Below, piece after piece: positions 20,320 to 30,346 of a stretch of 64,000 nt of DNA; the stretch's first letter is position 1, and each line of letters opens with the position of its first letter. The DNA is taken from the NCBI GenBank assembly GCA_963728205.1, contig CAVSIV010000006.1, forward strand, positions 320,001 to 384,000. Reading direction: 5' to 3'. The position numbers and the translations under genes were made by a program. The notes below the pieces were generated by a model. That model searched no databases. It was given only the letters and a program-made list of their open reading frames with translations, and was not told the origin of the DNA. The stretch is from an uncultured Chloroflexia bacterium (GTDB taxonomy: Bacteria; Chloroflexota; Dehalococcoidia; UBA2979).

Positions 20320-20862
20320 GTGTCGATTCCCGCCCGCCTTCCCGATCGGCTGCTCTCCTGGGGTCGGCGCGGGGCTTCCGGGCCGGCACTTTCCGCGCCT
20401 ACCGGCCGAGTGCTGGCTGCCGATGGATCGGACCGGCGCCTGGTCACGAAGCAGGACGCGCCGTTCATCGCTGTCGCGGGGACGTGGGTGTCGAACGACC
20501 GCATTGCCGCATCGGTGGGTAGTACATCGTCCACCCCGGCCATCTTCGGGCTCGATGGCTCGGAGACGCCGGTGAGCGGGCTGCAGGTCGGCAGCGGCGG
20601 AGTGGCGACGCGCCTGGCCGACGGCCGGTGGGTCACCGGCTCGTTCCTGCGGGCGGGGCCGATTCGCGTGGGTATGGCCGGGGCGATGCACACGATCGCG
20701 GACGGACTTTCCCCGGCGCCGTCGCCGAATGGCGGCTGGGTGGCGTTCATCGCGGGCGCAACGCTGCGCGTCGTGCGGATCGACGGTACCGACGACCAGC
20801 AGGTCCTCGACCTCACCTCACGAGGGTGGGATCTTCCGTTTGGCCACCAGTGGGATCTTTAA
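20320..20862 (+). pseudogene. C-terminal fragment paralogous to lipoprotein 2343..3368
   Basis: DGSDRRLV...GTWVS.DR...FGLDGS...GSGG...RWV.GSF...PIRVG...AFIAGATLRV aligns colinearly; no signal peptide. Confidence 0.7.
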
Positions 20863-20949
20863 GCTGGCCGCGCGACATACCGGCAGCCTGTCGTCGCCTG
20901 GAGACCGCAGGGGAGCAGGTGACCGTCGGGGCGCGGTCATCACGCCGCG

Positions 20950-22198
20950 TCAGCGCGCCGGCGACTGCCACTGCGTCTGCCATGACACTCCGCCGTCGGC
21001 TGTGTGCAGGATCGCCGAGCGTCCTGTGAACATTGAACCGACGAGCCAGCCCGACGAAGCCGATCGGAATGCGGCGGCGGCCGGCTGCTCGAGATGCGGC
21101 ACAACCGAAGCGGGCGTGCCGACAACGTCGCCGCCGCGGCTGACCAGGACGAACGAGGTCGTCGGCTTGGTAGCGGCCGGCGACCAGCCGAACAGGACGG
21201 CGCCGCTCGCGTCCAGCGCACTGAAGGGTCCAGCTTCCCCCACGTCGAACCGGGCGGCGGCGTCAGGTTCAGTACAGCCACGCAACGACGCATTACAGAC
21301 CACCGTCTGGAAGCCGCCATCGTCTGCACCGTGGTACAGCCAGTAAGCGCAGGTGCCGGCGGCGCAGTTGCCGCGCGCGAGCGCCCAGACCGCCGTCGAT
21401 CCTGCGCACTGAGTGGAGCGAGCGCGACCGAACGCATCGCCGTTCGCCGGGGTGAACGCCTTCGTCCAGGTCCGTCCGGCGTCATGGCTGCGGTACAGAG
21501 CGGCGCTCTCGGTCATCAGCCACCCGTGGTGCGGGTCGCTGAAGCAAACGGACGCCGGGACCTGCGGCGCCGCGACGCGCTCCCACGTGAGTCCCCCGTC
21601 GGTGCTGTGCGCGAGGAACGAAACGCGGCTATCGCCGCGTTCGATGCCCCAGCCGTCGCTCGCCGAGTCGAAGCCCACCTCCTGCAGAGCCGGCGCCGGC
21701 ATCGGTAGCTCCCGCCAGCAGTCCCCGCCGTCGGACGTGACCAGCAGATGCGCTTTCCCGAGCGCCCAGCCGTGCTCCGCGTCGATGAACCGGACCGCTT
21801 GCAGCGCAGCTGTTCCGCGATACTGCTCGGCCCAATGCGCACCCCCGTCGCGCGTCGTGAGGATGCGCCCCGCACCGACCGCCCACCCGCGCGTGTCGGA
21901 GACGAACAGGATGTCGGCGAGCACCGGTGGGGCCGTCGTATCCGCCGCCGGCGTCGCGGTCGATTCACTCCCTACGCACGCGGTCGTGGAGGCTGCGGTC
22001 GTGGTCGGCGTCGGCACGGCGGTGGGCGTGACAGAGCCGGCGATCGCTGCGCCCGGGGACGCGGAGGCTCCTCCGCTCGCGGTGGTGGCTGGTCCGTGAG
22101 CGCCGCTGCAGGCGGTGAGAATTGGCACCAGGACGAGCGCGGCCACCATGCGCGGGCTGATGGCGATCGCTCTCGATGCGCGGCCACGTCTCAGCATG
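20950..22198 (-). CDS. YCF48/BNR-repeat lipoprotein
   Basis: Lipobox ILTAC; F...GWAVG and multiple TxDGGxxW repeats. Confidence 0.8.
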
Positions 22199-22407
22199 AG
22201 CGCTCCGAATCGAATCAGCCTGCCGCCGATGACAGTGGGTGCCCGACGGTGGCCAGAAAGCCAGACTGCCCGACCTCGGGCTCGAGCACCAGATCTCACG
22301 ACGTCGGCCCCACGCGGGCGTCATGCCAGAGCCGGAGCCGGGGCGAGCCGTACCGCGTCCTGGACGCACTACGGGACCAGGACGCTCAGCGCTCTCACCG
22401 CTGCCGG

Positions 22408-23106
22408 TTATCGGATGGAAGTCGGCTCGACCGGTGTGGACGGAGATGCGCTGGCCCCGGCCCATCCGGGCCGCACGGGGTGAGCGCTGAGGCTCGTCGC
22501 GTCCGGGCTGCTGACGGTGAGCGACGTCAGGCGCGGCGATGGTCCGAGCGTCGTGTCCGGCATGTCGATGCCCGCGAAGAGCGTGAAGGTGATCCACACC
22601 TCCCGCTCGGGGTGCGCGAGCGTGACCGTCACGTGGTGGGGTCCTGACGCGTTGACGACGCCGCCGTTGTACGGCGAGCCTCCGGGGGACTGCATGCGGA
22701 ACTGGCTGCCCGCCGGGCTCACCTGCGACCACGCGACGGAGAAGCGGTCGAGCGGGGTTGGGGACGTGACGAGCACCTCGTAGAACCCATAGCGCTGTGC
22801 GGTTGGCGGTGAGCCGACCCAGGTCGGGCGCGAGATGTGATCGATTGCGATCACGACCGCGCCCGTGTTGTCGATGGCCACGTCGCAGCAGTGCGGGTCG
22901 GGGAACCGGGTGATGTGGACCTGCGCCACCGCGGGCGGCTGGGCCTGCGTCGGCGAAGCGGACGCCGTGACCGCAGCACGACTCGTCGTAGGGGTTGACG
23001 TCGGCGCCGCGCCAGGCGGGGCCCCGCGGGCGCACCCGCTCAGCGCGATCAGCGCAATCACCATCGTCGTGGCCCGTAGACGTGAGGGAGTTGCACGCCT
23101 TCGCAC
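22408..23106 (-). CDS. Hypothetical lipoprotein
   Basis: Lipobox ALSGC; T/P linker; globular domain. Confidence 0.6.
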   Translation of the reverse strand: MRRRATPSRLRATTMVIALIALSGCARGAPPGAAPTSTPTTSRAAVTASASPTQAQPPAVAQVHITRFPDPHCCDVAIDNTGAVVIAIDHISRPTWVGSPPTAQRYGFYEVLVTSPTPLDRFSVAWSQVSPAGSQFRMQSPGGSPYNGGVVNASGPHHVTVTLAHPEREVWITFTLFAGIDMPDTTLGPSPRLTSLTVSSPDATSLSAHPVRPGWAGASASPSTPVEPTSIR

Positions 23107-23233
23107 GTTGCGCCTCCTGCTGCGGGCTGCTCGCGATAGTCGCGGTTGGCGCGGAAGACGGCCGTACGGCGGGCGCGACGAGTCGAGGGCGCGGTCCGGC
23201 TCGCTGGGTCTATCTAGCGTATGAGTTCCATGC

Positions 23234-23861
23234 TGTCGGCGATGCGCAGCAATTGATGTCGCTGATCACGGTAATTAAGCAGATGGCCGGGGATCTTGAT
23301 CGTGGTTATTGACCAGGTCGCTGATCACGGGAATTGACCACCGGGCCCTCCTGAGGAGGCCATCCAGCACGATCAGCCTGCGGCGGACACCGCAGGAGGG
23401 CGTGGATGGCGCGAAGGAGGATCGAGGTGGGAGACGTCCGGGAGATCCTGGCGCAGTGGGACGCCAGCGAGAGCATCAGCGCGATCGCCGGGGCGCTGGG
23501 GTACACGCGGGTCACCGTGCGCAAGTACGTCCGTGCAGCCGAGTCGGTGCGGTTGGTGCGGGGAGCGCAGCGCCGCCGCGATGCGAGCTCGGAGCGGCTC
23601 GCGGCCTCGGCGATGGCCCCACTGAGCGCGGCGCGCACGCCCGGTGCGGCGGGCGAGGAGGTGGCGCGGCTGCACAAGATGATCCAGCCGCACATCGGCG
23701 CCGTACGGTTGAGCGTGCTGCATCAGCGCCTGCGTGACGAGCACGGACTGCGCGCGAGCTGGGGCACCTTCTACCGCTACGCGCGCGCCCACTGGCCCGA
23801 GCAGGTCGGCGCCGGACCCCGCGTTACCTCGCGCCGCCCCGACGACCCGCCCCCGGGCGAG
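23234..23861 (+). mobile_element. IS21-family left end with truncated istA
   Basis: TGTCGGCG start; repeated GTCGCTGATCACGG.AATT; ORF 23406 MARRRIEVGDVREIL...TVRKYV...PPPGEEA. Confidence 0.7.
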
Positions 23862-23893
23862 GAGGCACTATGTGGAATTCCACATAGTGCCTC
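23862..23893. repeat. Perfect 32-bp palindrome
   Basis: GAGGCACTATGTGGAA|TTCCACATAGTGCCTC. Confidence 0.9.
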
Positions 23894-23974
23894 TTATGCG
23901 GCTTCCGGGAATATGCGGCACCGGGGCGAGGGCGGAAGGGGGGGCTCTTCGGCGAGCTCCAGACGACATTCGGG

Positions 23975-24345
23975 GTGGAGGTAGCACGCCTCGCGGAGCT
24001 GGCCGTCGACGCCCTCGGCGAGCGCGACGGCCTGGCCACGCTCGAGCGGTCGATCCGCACCGCGATGGCGAAGTTGGGGGCGACACCACCTTCCTCGAAG
24101 GGCTGCTCGCGGCCGACCGCGGACACCGCGGTCAGCGCATCGATTGCGGAGCAGGCCACCAGGCAAGAGTTCGTCGGCTACCGTCCTCGGACCCTCGACA
24201 CCGTGCTCGGGCCGATCACGCTGCGACGCGCCTACTACCGCTGTAGGGAATGCGCGCACGGCGTGGTGCCGCGCGACGAGGCGCTCGGCGTCACGAGCGC
24301 CTCGCTCTCTCCTGGGCTGCGTGCGATGGTGGCGCCGGTGGGGCG
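23975..24345 (+). mobile_element. ISKra4-family transposase fragment
   Basis: FVGYRPRTLDTVLGPITLRRAYYRCRECAHGVVPRDEALG...LSPGL. Confidence 0.7.
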
Positions 24346-24369
24346 AGAGTATGCCCTCGCCACGCGCCC

Positions 24370-25551
24370 CTACTGGTCCGGAGCGAGTAACAGTCGCACA
24401 TCCTCGCCCTTAGCTACCACCTGGCCTCGAACCGTCACTGAGATGGGGAGTCTCGCTCCGGTTTGATCGACGCACCGCCCGGGAAAGGTCTCGCCGGAAT
24501 AGACACGTCTGCTAAGCAGCTCCTGACCGTGGCAGGTGAACCCTACGCCGCCATCTCCGTGCCAGTGCGCCAGGAGCGATGGCGCATCGCTGACGGCGGT
24601 GCTATCTCCTGTCTTTACGTCTAACACCGACCATGTAGCTGCAGGAGAGGCATTGCCGCAATTCGTCCCCTGATCTCCCGTCGGACTCCGTCCAACGGTC
24701 CGAGAGTATAGGAGCCCAGAGTCGGTAGGCGCCCACTCCCAAGCAGTGATGTTATCTGTAGCAGATGTTATCGCAGTGCGGACGACGCCATCTCGCGCAC
24801 CAACGATTTCCATTCGATGCGACTCAACATCGTCACAGACGTGTTGACTGATTGCTTGCTCAGCGATTAGTTGCCCATCCCAAGATGGAACAGCATATCC
24901 GCTGGTCTCTATGTACTTATCCACTGTGCCGTGCTGTACAATGCCGAAGTCCCGCGGCCCTTCTCCTGATCCCGACGAGAACGCCACCAGCACGGAACCA
25001 TCATTTAACATCGCAATAGGTGAAGACATCGGCCGACCGCGCTTCGCGGCAGCTGCTGGTACTCCTTGGAGAACGATACTAGCAGCACCACTTGAAAGGT
25101 CGACCGCTGCAATCGACGATCTGTGAGGACATGGCGTCGCGCATTTCGCGGATTCATCCACAATCATCGCAACGTTCCCAGTCGTGACAAAAGAAGAAAT
25201 CACATGTCTATTGTTAACCGAAAATATCGCGCCGAGCTTCTGACCGTCGAGCCGATATTTGACCAAGGATTGCCCAGTATTAACGACCAGGAATTCGCGT
25301 GTGCTCGCTAGTCCAGCAATCCGCTCGCCCACCTTGCCGAGGCTGAAAGTCACACTGTTCGAAGGGTGGGAGACGGACGCCGTCTTTATCTCGTAGGTCG
25401 GCCATGTTCTTCCGTTGGCGACTTGGGAAGATATTTGCGACATGACGACAATCCGCTCAGACTCCGGAATTGCCTTCAGCGGATCGCCACGATCGCAGGA
25501 CATGATTATGAAAGCAAGAAGCAACAACGTCGCCGGTCCCACCAAGCGCAT
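24370..25551 (-). CDS. Lower-GC lipoprotein, beta-propeller, homolog of the C-terminal domain of 3365..5177
   Basis: Lipobox IIMSC; GRTWPTYE vs GRLWPTLE; WEWAPTDS vs WEWAPDS; LAHWHG..FTCHG vs LTRWYG..FECRG. Confidence 0.7.
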   Translation of the reverse strand: MRLVGPATLLLLAFIIMSCDRGDPLKAIPESERIVVMSQISSQVANGRTWPTYEIKTASVSHPSNSVTFSLGKVGERIAGLASTREFLVVNTGQSLVKYRLDGQKLGAIFSVNNRHVISSFVTTGNVAMIVDESAKCATPCPHRSSIAAVDLSSGAASIVLQGVPAAAAKRGRPMSSPIAMLNDGSVLVAFSSGSGEGPRDFGIVQHGTVDKYIETSGYAVPSWDGQLIAEQAISQHVCDDVESHRMEIVGARDGVVRTAITSATDNITAWEWAPTDSGLLYSRTVGRSPTGDQGTNCGNASPAATWSVLDVKTGDSTAVSDAPSLLAHWHGDGGVGFTCHGQELLSRRVYSGETFPGRCVDQTGARLPISVTVRGQVVAKGEDVRLLLAPDQ

Positions 25552-25643
25552 TTGGCGATATCTCTCACTCGGTTGTTCGAGCTGGCGCAGGGCAAAGGCA
25601 CCCTGCGCCAGCCCAGACAACCTACCACACGCTGTCCCGGTCG

Positions 25644-26345
25644 CTAGAACTCTAGCCGATGGAGCCAGGTACTACTGCCGATTGGCTGCTTTCCACTCGG
25701 AACGGTGCAGTTCGGGTATGGATAAGCGGTATAGCCGCTTTCGCAGTACGGGATTCCGGTTCCATTCGTGTGCTGGTGATTGGTCGGGTGGTTCAGTTGA
25801 TCCCCATCTTGATGCAAGTGCGGGTGATCCCACAAGTTGGGCGCGCAGAGCGGTTGCGTGGACGCAACAGTACCGAGGTACGTACTCTGGTTGCCGGTGC
25901 CGATGGACCAGCTGCTTCCGACGACGCCAGTGGCGTTATCGATGTGGGTGTAGCTCTCCTGCCCAAGGTACGTACCGAACGTGGGATCGTAGAACTCGAC
26001 ATAGAGGCCGGTGCATCCAGAGCCATTGTCGAAGGCGTCCGCATCGACCCCGCCACTGATCCCGTACGTCTTCAGGTACACCGACATGCCGGCATCTGCA
26101 TCAGCCGTGCTTCCCCAGTTCAGGTCGAGCCCTGACGTACCACTTGGCCGGGCATGCCACCCATAGTGGTAGACACCTGAGGTCGCGCTGAGCCCGTAGT
26201 AGATTGCTACTGACTTACCTGTGCTGTGGGCTGATACTTGCGGCGAATTAGCCGCTAGTCCTCCACCTACGATCAAGGCGAATCCGAGCAGTGATGCTAG
26301 CGCCAAGCTCCTAACCCGCCGGTCTTTGAGCACTTTGGTTGTCAC
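25644..26345 (-). CDS. Secreted divergent M23/LytM-like metallopeptidase
   Basis: Signal peptide; WH...GLD, YTHI, YLGTV...HPHLHQ in M23 motif order. Confidence 0.55.
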   Translation of the reverse strand: MTTKVLKDRRVRSLALASLLGFALIVGGGLAANSPQVSAHSTGKSVAIYYGLSATSGVYHYGWHARPSGTSGLDLNWGSTADADAGMSVYLKTYGISGGVDADAFDNGSGCTGLYVEFYDPTFGTYLGQESYTHIDNATGVVGSSWSIGTGNQSTYLGTVASTQPLCAPNLWDHPHLHQDGDQLNHPTNHQHTNGTGIPYCESGYTAYPYPNCTVPSGKQPIGSSTWLHRLEF

Positions 26346-26953
26346 TACTTCACCTCCAGGTCGGTCGTAAGTGCGACGACGGAAGAACTGTCGGGGAAGT
26401 TGAAGGCAGTCAGGATAGTTTCGATCCCGCCGTCCACCCATCGAAGATGGCGCGGATTGGTCTGAGGCGCCGCGATCTTTGGCTCAATGAGTACAGCTGG
26501 TCCGCGTGGAGTCTGGATGGCCTCCGTTCGGGTCCACTTCTGGTCGGCGAGTACGACATCCAATGGCAACTCAGGCGGCCTCCACCTCCGAACGCGGACC
26601 GTCCGCGTGCCGTTACTGTAGGTTGACGTGATGTCGACTGCGCCAGAGGTTGCTCTAGCGCCGACCGCGTCGACAAGCGGTAGCGATCCGACTTGCCCCG
26701 GCACGAGGCCAGGAAGTAACGTTTGTGTCTCCGCAATACCGGCGGCTTGCTGCCACGACAACCGCGCCGTTCCTGGTGGGACCGCGGGCTGAAGCGGAGA
26801 GCCAGGCGGGAGCAGCCGGTAGGCTCCGTGAAGGCGAGGTGCTGATTGCTGGGCGCCGCCCGTCCCCTGCGTAAGGATGAAAACTCCGATTGCAAGGCTG
26901 ACGGCGAGGAGCGCCGGCAGGAACAGTCGGAGATTCTTCATGCGTAACATCAC
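26345..26953 (-). CDS. Secreted/membrane-anchored protein coupled to M23-like gene
   Basis: N-terminal hydrophobic helix; stop overlaps next start (TAGTG). Confidence 0.7.
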   Translation of the reverse strand: MMLRMKNLRLFLPALLAVSLAIGVFILTQGTGGAQQSAPRLHGAYRLLPPGSPLQPAVPPGTARLSWQQAAGIAETQTLLPGLVPGQVGSLPLVDAVGARATSGAVDITSTYSNGTRTVRVRRWRPPELPLDVVLADQKWTRTEAIQTPRGPAVLIEPKIAAPQTNPRHLRWVDGGIETILTAFNFPDSSSVVALTTDLEVK

Positions 26954-27751
26954 TGCTTCTCCTCTGCATGGACAGTGCAGGTGAGCGACGGTTCTGGAAT
27001 CCGACGACCGTCGGCGCGCTCAGCATTAACGTCGGCAGGCGACGGGCGGCGCCATTCGGAAGCCATGCCTCCCCCTAATCGGCTCCGGGATTCTGCAATC
27101 TGGCCGGTTCCCTCTGACATCGCTCTTCTTCGACGGGAGAGTCCGTCTTCTCGGCTAGGGCCGTCCACCCCACTCTTGCTGATATTCATCGTCACTTCAG
27201 ATGAATTGCTTCGTGATCAGCGGGGTTGACACGGAGTGCGATATACGATGATGGCGACGCCGACGCGGTCGTCGCCGTCGGGCCCCGGAAGCATGGGGTT
27301 GGCGCGACAAGGTGCGCTGAGCCAGATGGAAGACAGCGACTAGGAGCACCGACCGCATACCCGGAAGACGGCCATTGCGAGGGGCCCACCGATGAGACCT
27401 TGATTGCTCAACGCAATCAAACCGCGAGGCAGACCTCAACTGAGCGAGAATAGGGGCAACGTGAGCCCTATCGGTCGCGGTCGTTCTGCATGATGCACAA
27501 CAAGCTTGAGCCCGCGTGATGGGATGGTCGAGCGCGCCTTAGCACCCGAACCTGCGGCGGCGGGGCCTGGGGCCAGCCCCCGCAGGCTCGCTCGACGACG
27601 TCCCGCCCGGCCACCCTATCGCGCAGGGAGGCGATCAGCACGGCCCGCGCTCGACTGGATGCCTGCGCCCGCCCGAGCGTGGCGCGCAGAGTGATTCACG
27701 ACACGCTAAGGGGCGAGCGATTCGCAGCAGGCCGAAGAGGGAGATGTGCGG

Positions 27752-28060
27752 TCATTTTCCAATCCGCAAGTCTACTTGCTCAGCCAACGTACGGACATCC
27801 GAATGCGGAGGGCATCCAGCGAAAATGCAGCACCCAGCGTGATTAGCACACCAGAGTGCCAGTTGCTGCCCATTGTGCAGACCGGTCTTTCCGCGAATTC
27901 GCGTGAGGTGAGATCGCACCGTTGGGAGGGAGATTGCGAGATCAGATGCGATTCGAGTGGGTACGTGGCCCACGTAGAATAGCGCGGCTACTTCCGATTC
28001 TCTCCGCGTAAGCTCAACATGATCCGGCTGGCATCTGTCGGACGGTCGTGGAAGCATCAT
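27752..28060 (-). CDS. Small stand-alone LuxR-type HTH regulator
   Basis: LTRRESEVAAL...IASDLAISLPTVRSHLTRIRGKTG; C-terminal WC..H..CC. Confidence 0.75.
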   Translation of the reverse strand: MMLPRPSDRCQPDHVELTRRESEVAALFYVGHVPTRIASDLAISLPTVRSHLTRIRGKTGLHNGQQLALWCANHAGCCIFAGCPPHSDVRTLAEQVDLRIGK

Positions 28061-28155
28061 GGGAACCCATTTCTGCCGGCCCGTTCTTGCCGCAGTTGAT
28101 CTCCTTCCTGCGCGCGCTCGGAACGCGCCGGACTGGGGCGCGGCCGATCTGAAAC

Positions 28156-28175
28156 GTACGCACGCGCATACGTCA
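28156..28175 (-). promoter_or_regulatory. Operator-like motif, copy upstream of LuxR 28060
   Basis: Minus strand TGACGTATGCGCGTGCGTAC. Confidence 0.5.
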
Positions 28176-28259
28176 ACATTATGCATGCCTATATAACGTT
28201 GTTGCGGCGATGTCCGGGTACGGTCGGAGGCGGCACAGTCCGGGGCTAGAACAGCTGGG

Positions 28260-28484
28260 CTAGCGCGCTTTAGGTAAGCGATCATGGTGACCGTTCCGAG
28301 CGGGAAGTCCGAAACCGGACCCGGCGTCGAACAGTCCGCTGTGACCGCCGCCACAGGCGGCGATGGTCACGACCACGGCAGGGAGCGCCACCGCGAGCGT
28401 GAGCCGCATCCACCACGGCCGTCGCCGGTGCGCGCTGGCCGGGTCCGACCCTCGCGGAACGGTCGTAGGCGGCGGCTGGATCAT
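28260..28484 (-). pseudogene. Truncated duplicate of the N-terminus of Rieske-like lipoprotein 30347..30862
   Basis: 28278-28520 is near-identical to 30732-30958. Confidence 0.8.
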
Positions 28485-28603
28485 GACAGCCGCCGGGGCG
28501 TCAGACGGAAGACGACGAGGCGACCGCGACCGGCCCGCGGTCCTCCCGGCGTCCGTCGCAGGGCCATGCGCGCACCGCGCGGACAGGCATTGGGACGCGC
28601 CAG

Positions 28604-28966
28604 CTACGCGCGCTCGACCAGCCGGGCGAGGTCCCCCGGATCGAACGGCTTGAAGAGCGTGCGCGCCCCGAGCGCCGCGGTCGCGGCGGCGACCTTGCGC
28701 GAGGTCGTCATCGCCACCACCCGCAAGGCCTGGTCTCCGCTGGTCTCGTGCAGCCGACGGAGGTCATCAAGCCCCTCGCCGCTCGGAGCCGGGGGGTCGA
28801 GGAACAGGATGGTGGGGCCGAAGCAGTCGACCTCCGCGCACACGCCCGCCGGCGCCAGCACCGCGCGGACGTGGTGTCCCGCCTCCTCGAGATCCAGGCG
28901 GAGGAGGTCGGCGATGGCCCGGTCGTGCTCGATGATCAGCACGCGCTCGGCGCGCGAGGTCGCCAT
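28604..28966 (-). CDS. Single-domain atypical response regulator (duplicate)
   Basis: RVLIIEHD...FLDPP...AMTT...LFKPFD; copy of 43123..43485. Confidence 0.75.
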   Translation of the reverse strand: MATSRAERVLIIEHDRAIADLLRLDLEEAGHHVRAVLAPAGVCAEVDCFGPTILFLDPPAPSGEGLDDLRRLHETSGDQALRVVAMTTSRKVAAATAALGARTLFKPFDPGDLARLVERA

Positions 28967-29135
28967 GCCCGTTTCCGTCCTCCGCCATGACGGCAGTTCG
29001 CAGGCGCTCCCCGAGCGGCCGACCCACCGCGCCGGGCGCCCGCAGCATATGCGCTGCGAATCTGCTCCGAGCGCTGCACGGCCACGGGCGGCCCGTGGGA
29101 CCGGCACCGACCGGCCTCGCGGCCCGCAGCTCGCC

Positions 29136-29463
29136 TCACGAGTTCGCGGCCTCGAGGTAGCCGTGCACGGCGGCCGCCACGCGGGCGAAGGTGTCCGGCG
29201 CCTCCCACCCGTTGGAGAGGATCGCCAGCACGTAGGTGCCGAAGGGCGCCTTGACGATGGCGACGTCATGCGCGGCGCCCGCGTAGTCGCCGGTCTTGTT
29301 TCCGACGACGCTGCCGTCGTCGGGGATGCCGCTGGGGATGCGCGAGCGGATGCGCTGCTGCGCGAGCAGGTCGAACACCTGGGCGGCCACCGCGGGCGTC
29401 GGCTTCCCGCGCGCGATCGCCTCGAGCACGCGCGCCATGTCCGCCGCCGTGGTCGGCAGGGCC
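29136..29463 (-). pseudogene. C-terminal fragment of class A serine hydrolase (duplicate)
   Basis: TTAADM...NKTG...HDVAIV; copy of the 3' end of 43655..44851. Confidence 0.8.
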
Positions 29464-30249
29464 CAGGATACCCGGCGTGGCGATACACGGCTCGCCACGT
29501 ATCCCGCAGTACGTCCCGTGGGCGAGCACCCGCAGCGCGATTACGAGTCCGTCGACCACGACCGGCACATCGCGCCAGGGGAGCGTGAGCGATGCGACGG
29601 CTACTCCGGACACCGGAGTAGCAGAGACGGTGACTCGCGGATCAGTTCCAAATCGGTACGCGCGGAAGTCGACCCGCGTCGCGCTGGCCGGCACGACCGC
29701 GCTGACCTTGATCTGAACGCTGCCGACGACGTGGACCGTTCCACCCTTTGGGTCGGCGTGCGAATCGACGTAGGACGGCGTGAGCAGGCGGAGCTGCGCG
29801 GTCGCGGTGTCCCCGGCGGGCGCCGTCCTCGTGGGGGACGGGGACGCGGTGCGGCCCGTAGCGCCGGGCTGCACCGCTGCCCCGCGAAACGCGGCGATCA
29901 CGACAAGTGCCGCGAGCCCGGTTGCGACGGCGCCGCCAACGAGACGCGCAACTCGGGGCACCCCGAGCCCCCGCTCCATCAGCCAGCCGCCGAGCGCGAA
30001 GCCTCGCGTGCGCCTTGCCGAGGACGCCGGTGTTCCGGCCCACGCCGCGAGCGCCAATCGGTCCGAGCAGTCGAGCTTCGCGAGCATGCTCGAGACATGC
30101 GTCTTGATGGTAGGAACGGTGAGCCCGAGCCGCTCCGCGATCTCGGGATTCGAGAGTCCGTCGCGGACACAGTCGAGCACGCGCCACTCGGCGGGGGTCA
30201 GGACGTCGGGGTGCGGCGGCCGTCCACGAGCGTGTCGTCTCCAGGGCAT
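29266..30249 (-). CDS. LuxR HTH - TM - ectodomain protein; C-terminus replaced at duplication junction ~29463
   Basis: RGRPPHPDVLTPAEWRV...TIKTHVSSMLAKL; TM GAVATGLAALVVIAAF; beta-rich ectodomain. Confidence 0.75.
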   Translation of the reverse strand: MPWRRHARGRPPHPDVLTPAEWRVLDCVRDGLSNPEIAERLGLTVPTIKTHVSSMLAKLDCSDRLALAAWAGTPASSARRTRGFALGGWLMERGLGVPRVARLVGGAVATGLAALVVIAAFRGAAVQPGATGRTASPSPTRTAPAGDTATAQLRLLTPSYVDSHADPKGGTVHVVGSVQIKVSAVVPASATRVDFRAYRFGTDPRVTVSATPVSGVAVASLTLPWRDVPVVVDGLVIALRVLAHGTYCGIRGEPCIATPGILGPADHGGGHGARARGDRAREADARGGRPGVRPARAAAHPLAHPQRHPRRRQRRRKQDRRLRGRRA

Positions 30250-30346
30250 GAGCGCCAGCCTACGAGCGCCCGCGACGAATTACCTCATACCGTGCTGCCA
30301 CCACGAGCGCGAGACCGATGAAGGCGGGCTGCCGCGCGTTGGCATC

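Larger units (their letters stand above)
28527..29463. repeat. Segmental duplication of 43046..43982
   Basis: Near-identical colinear DNA at constant offset 14519. Confidence 0.9.
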
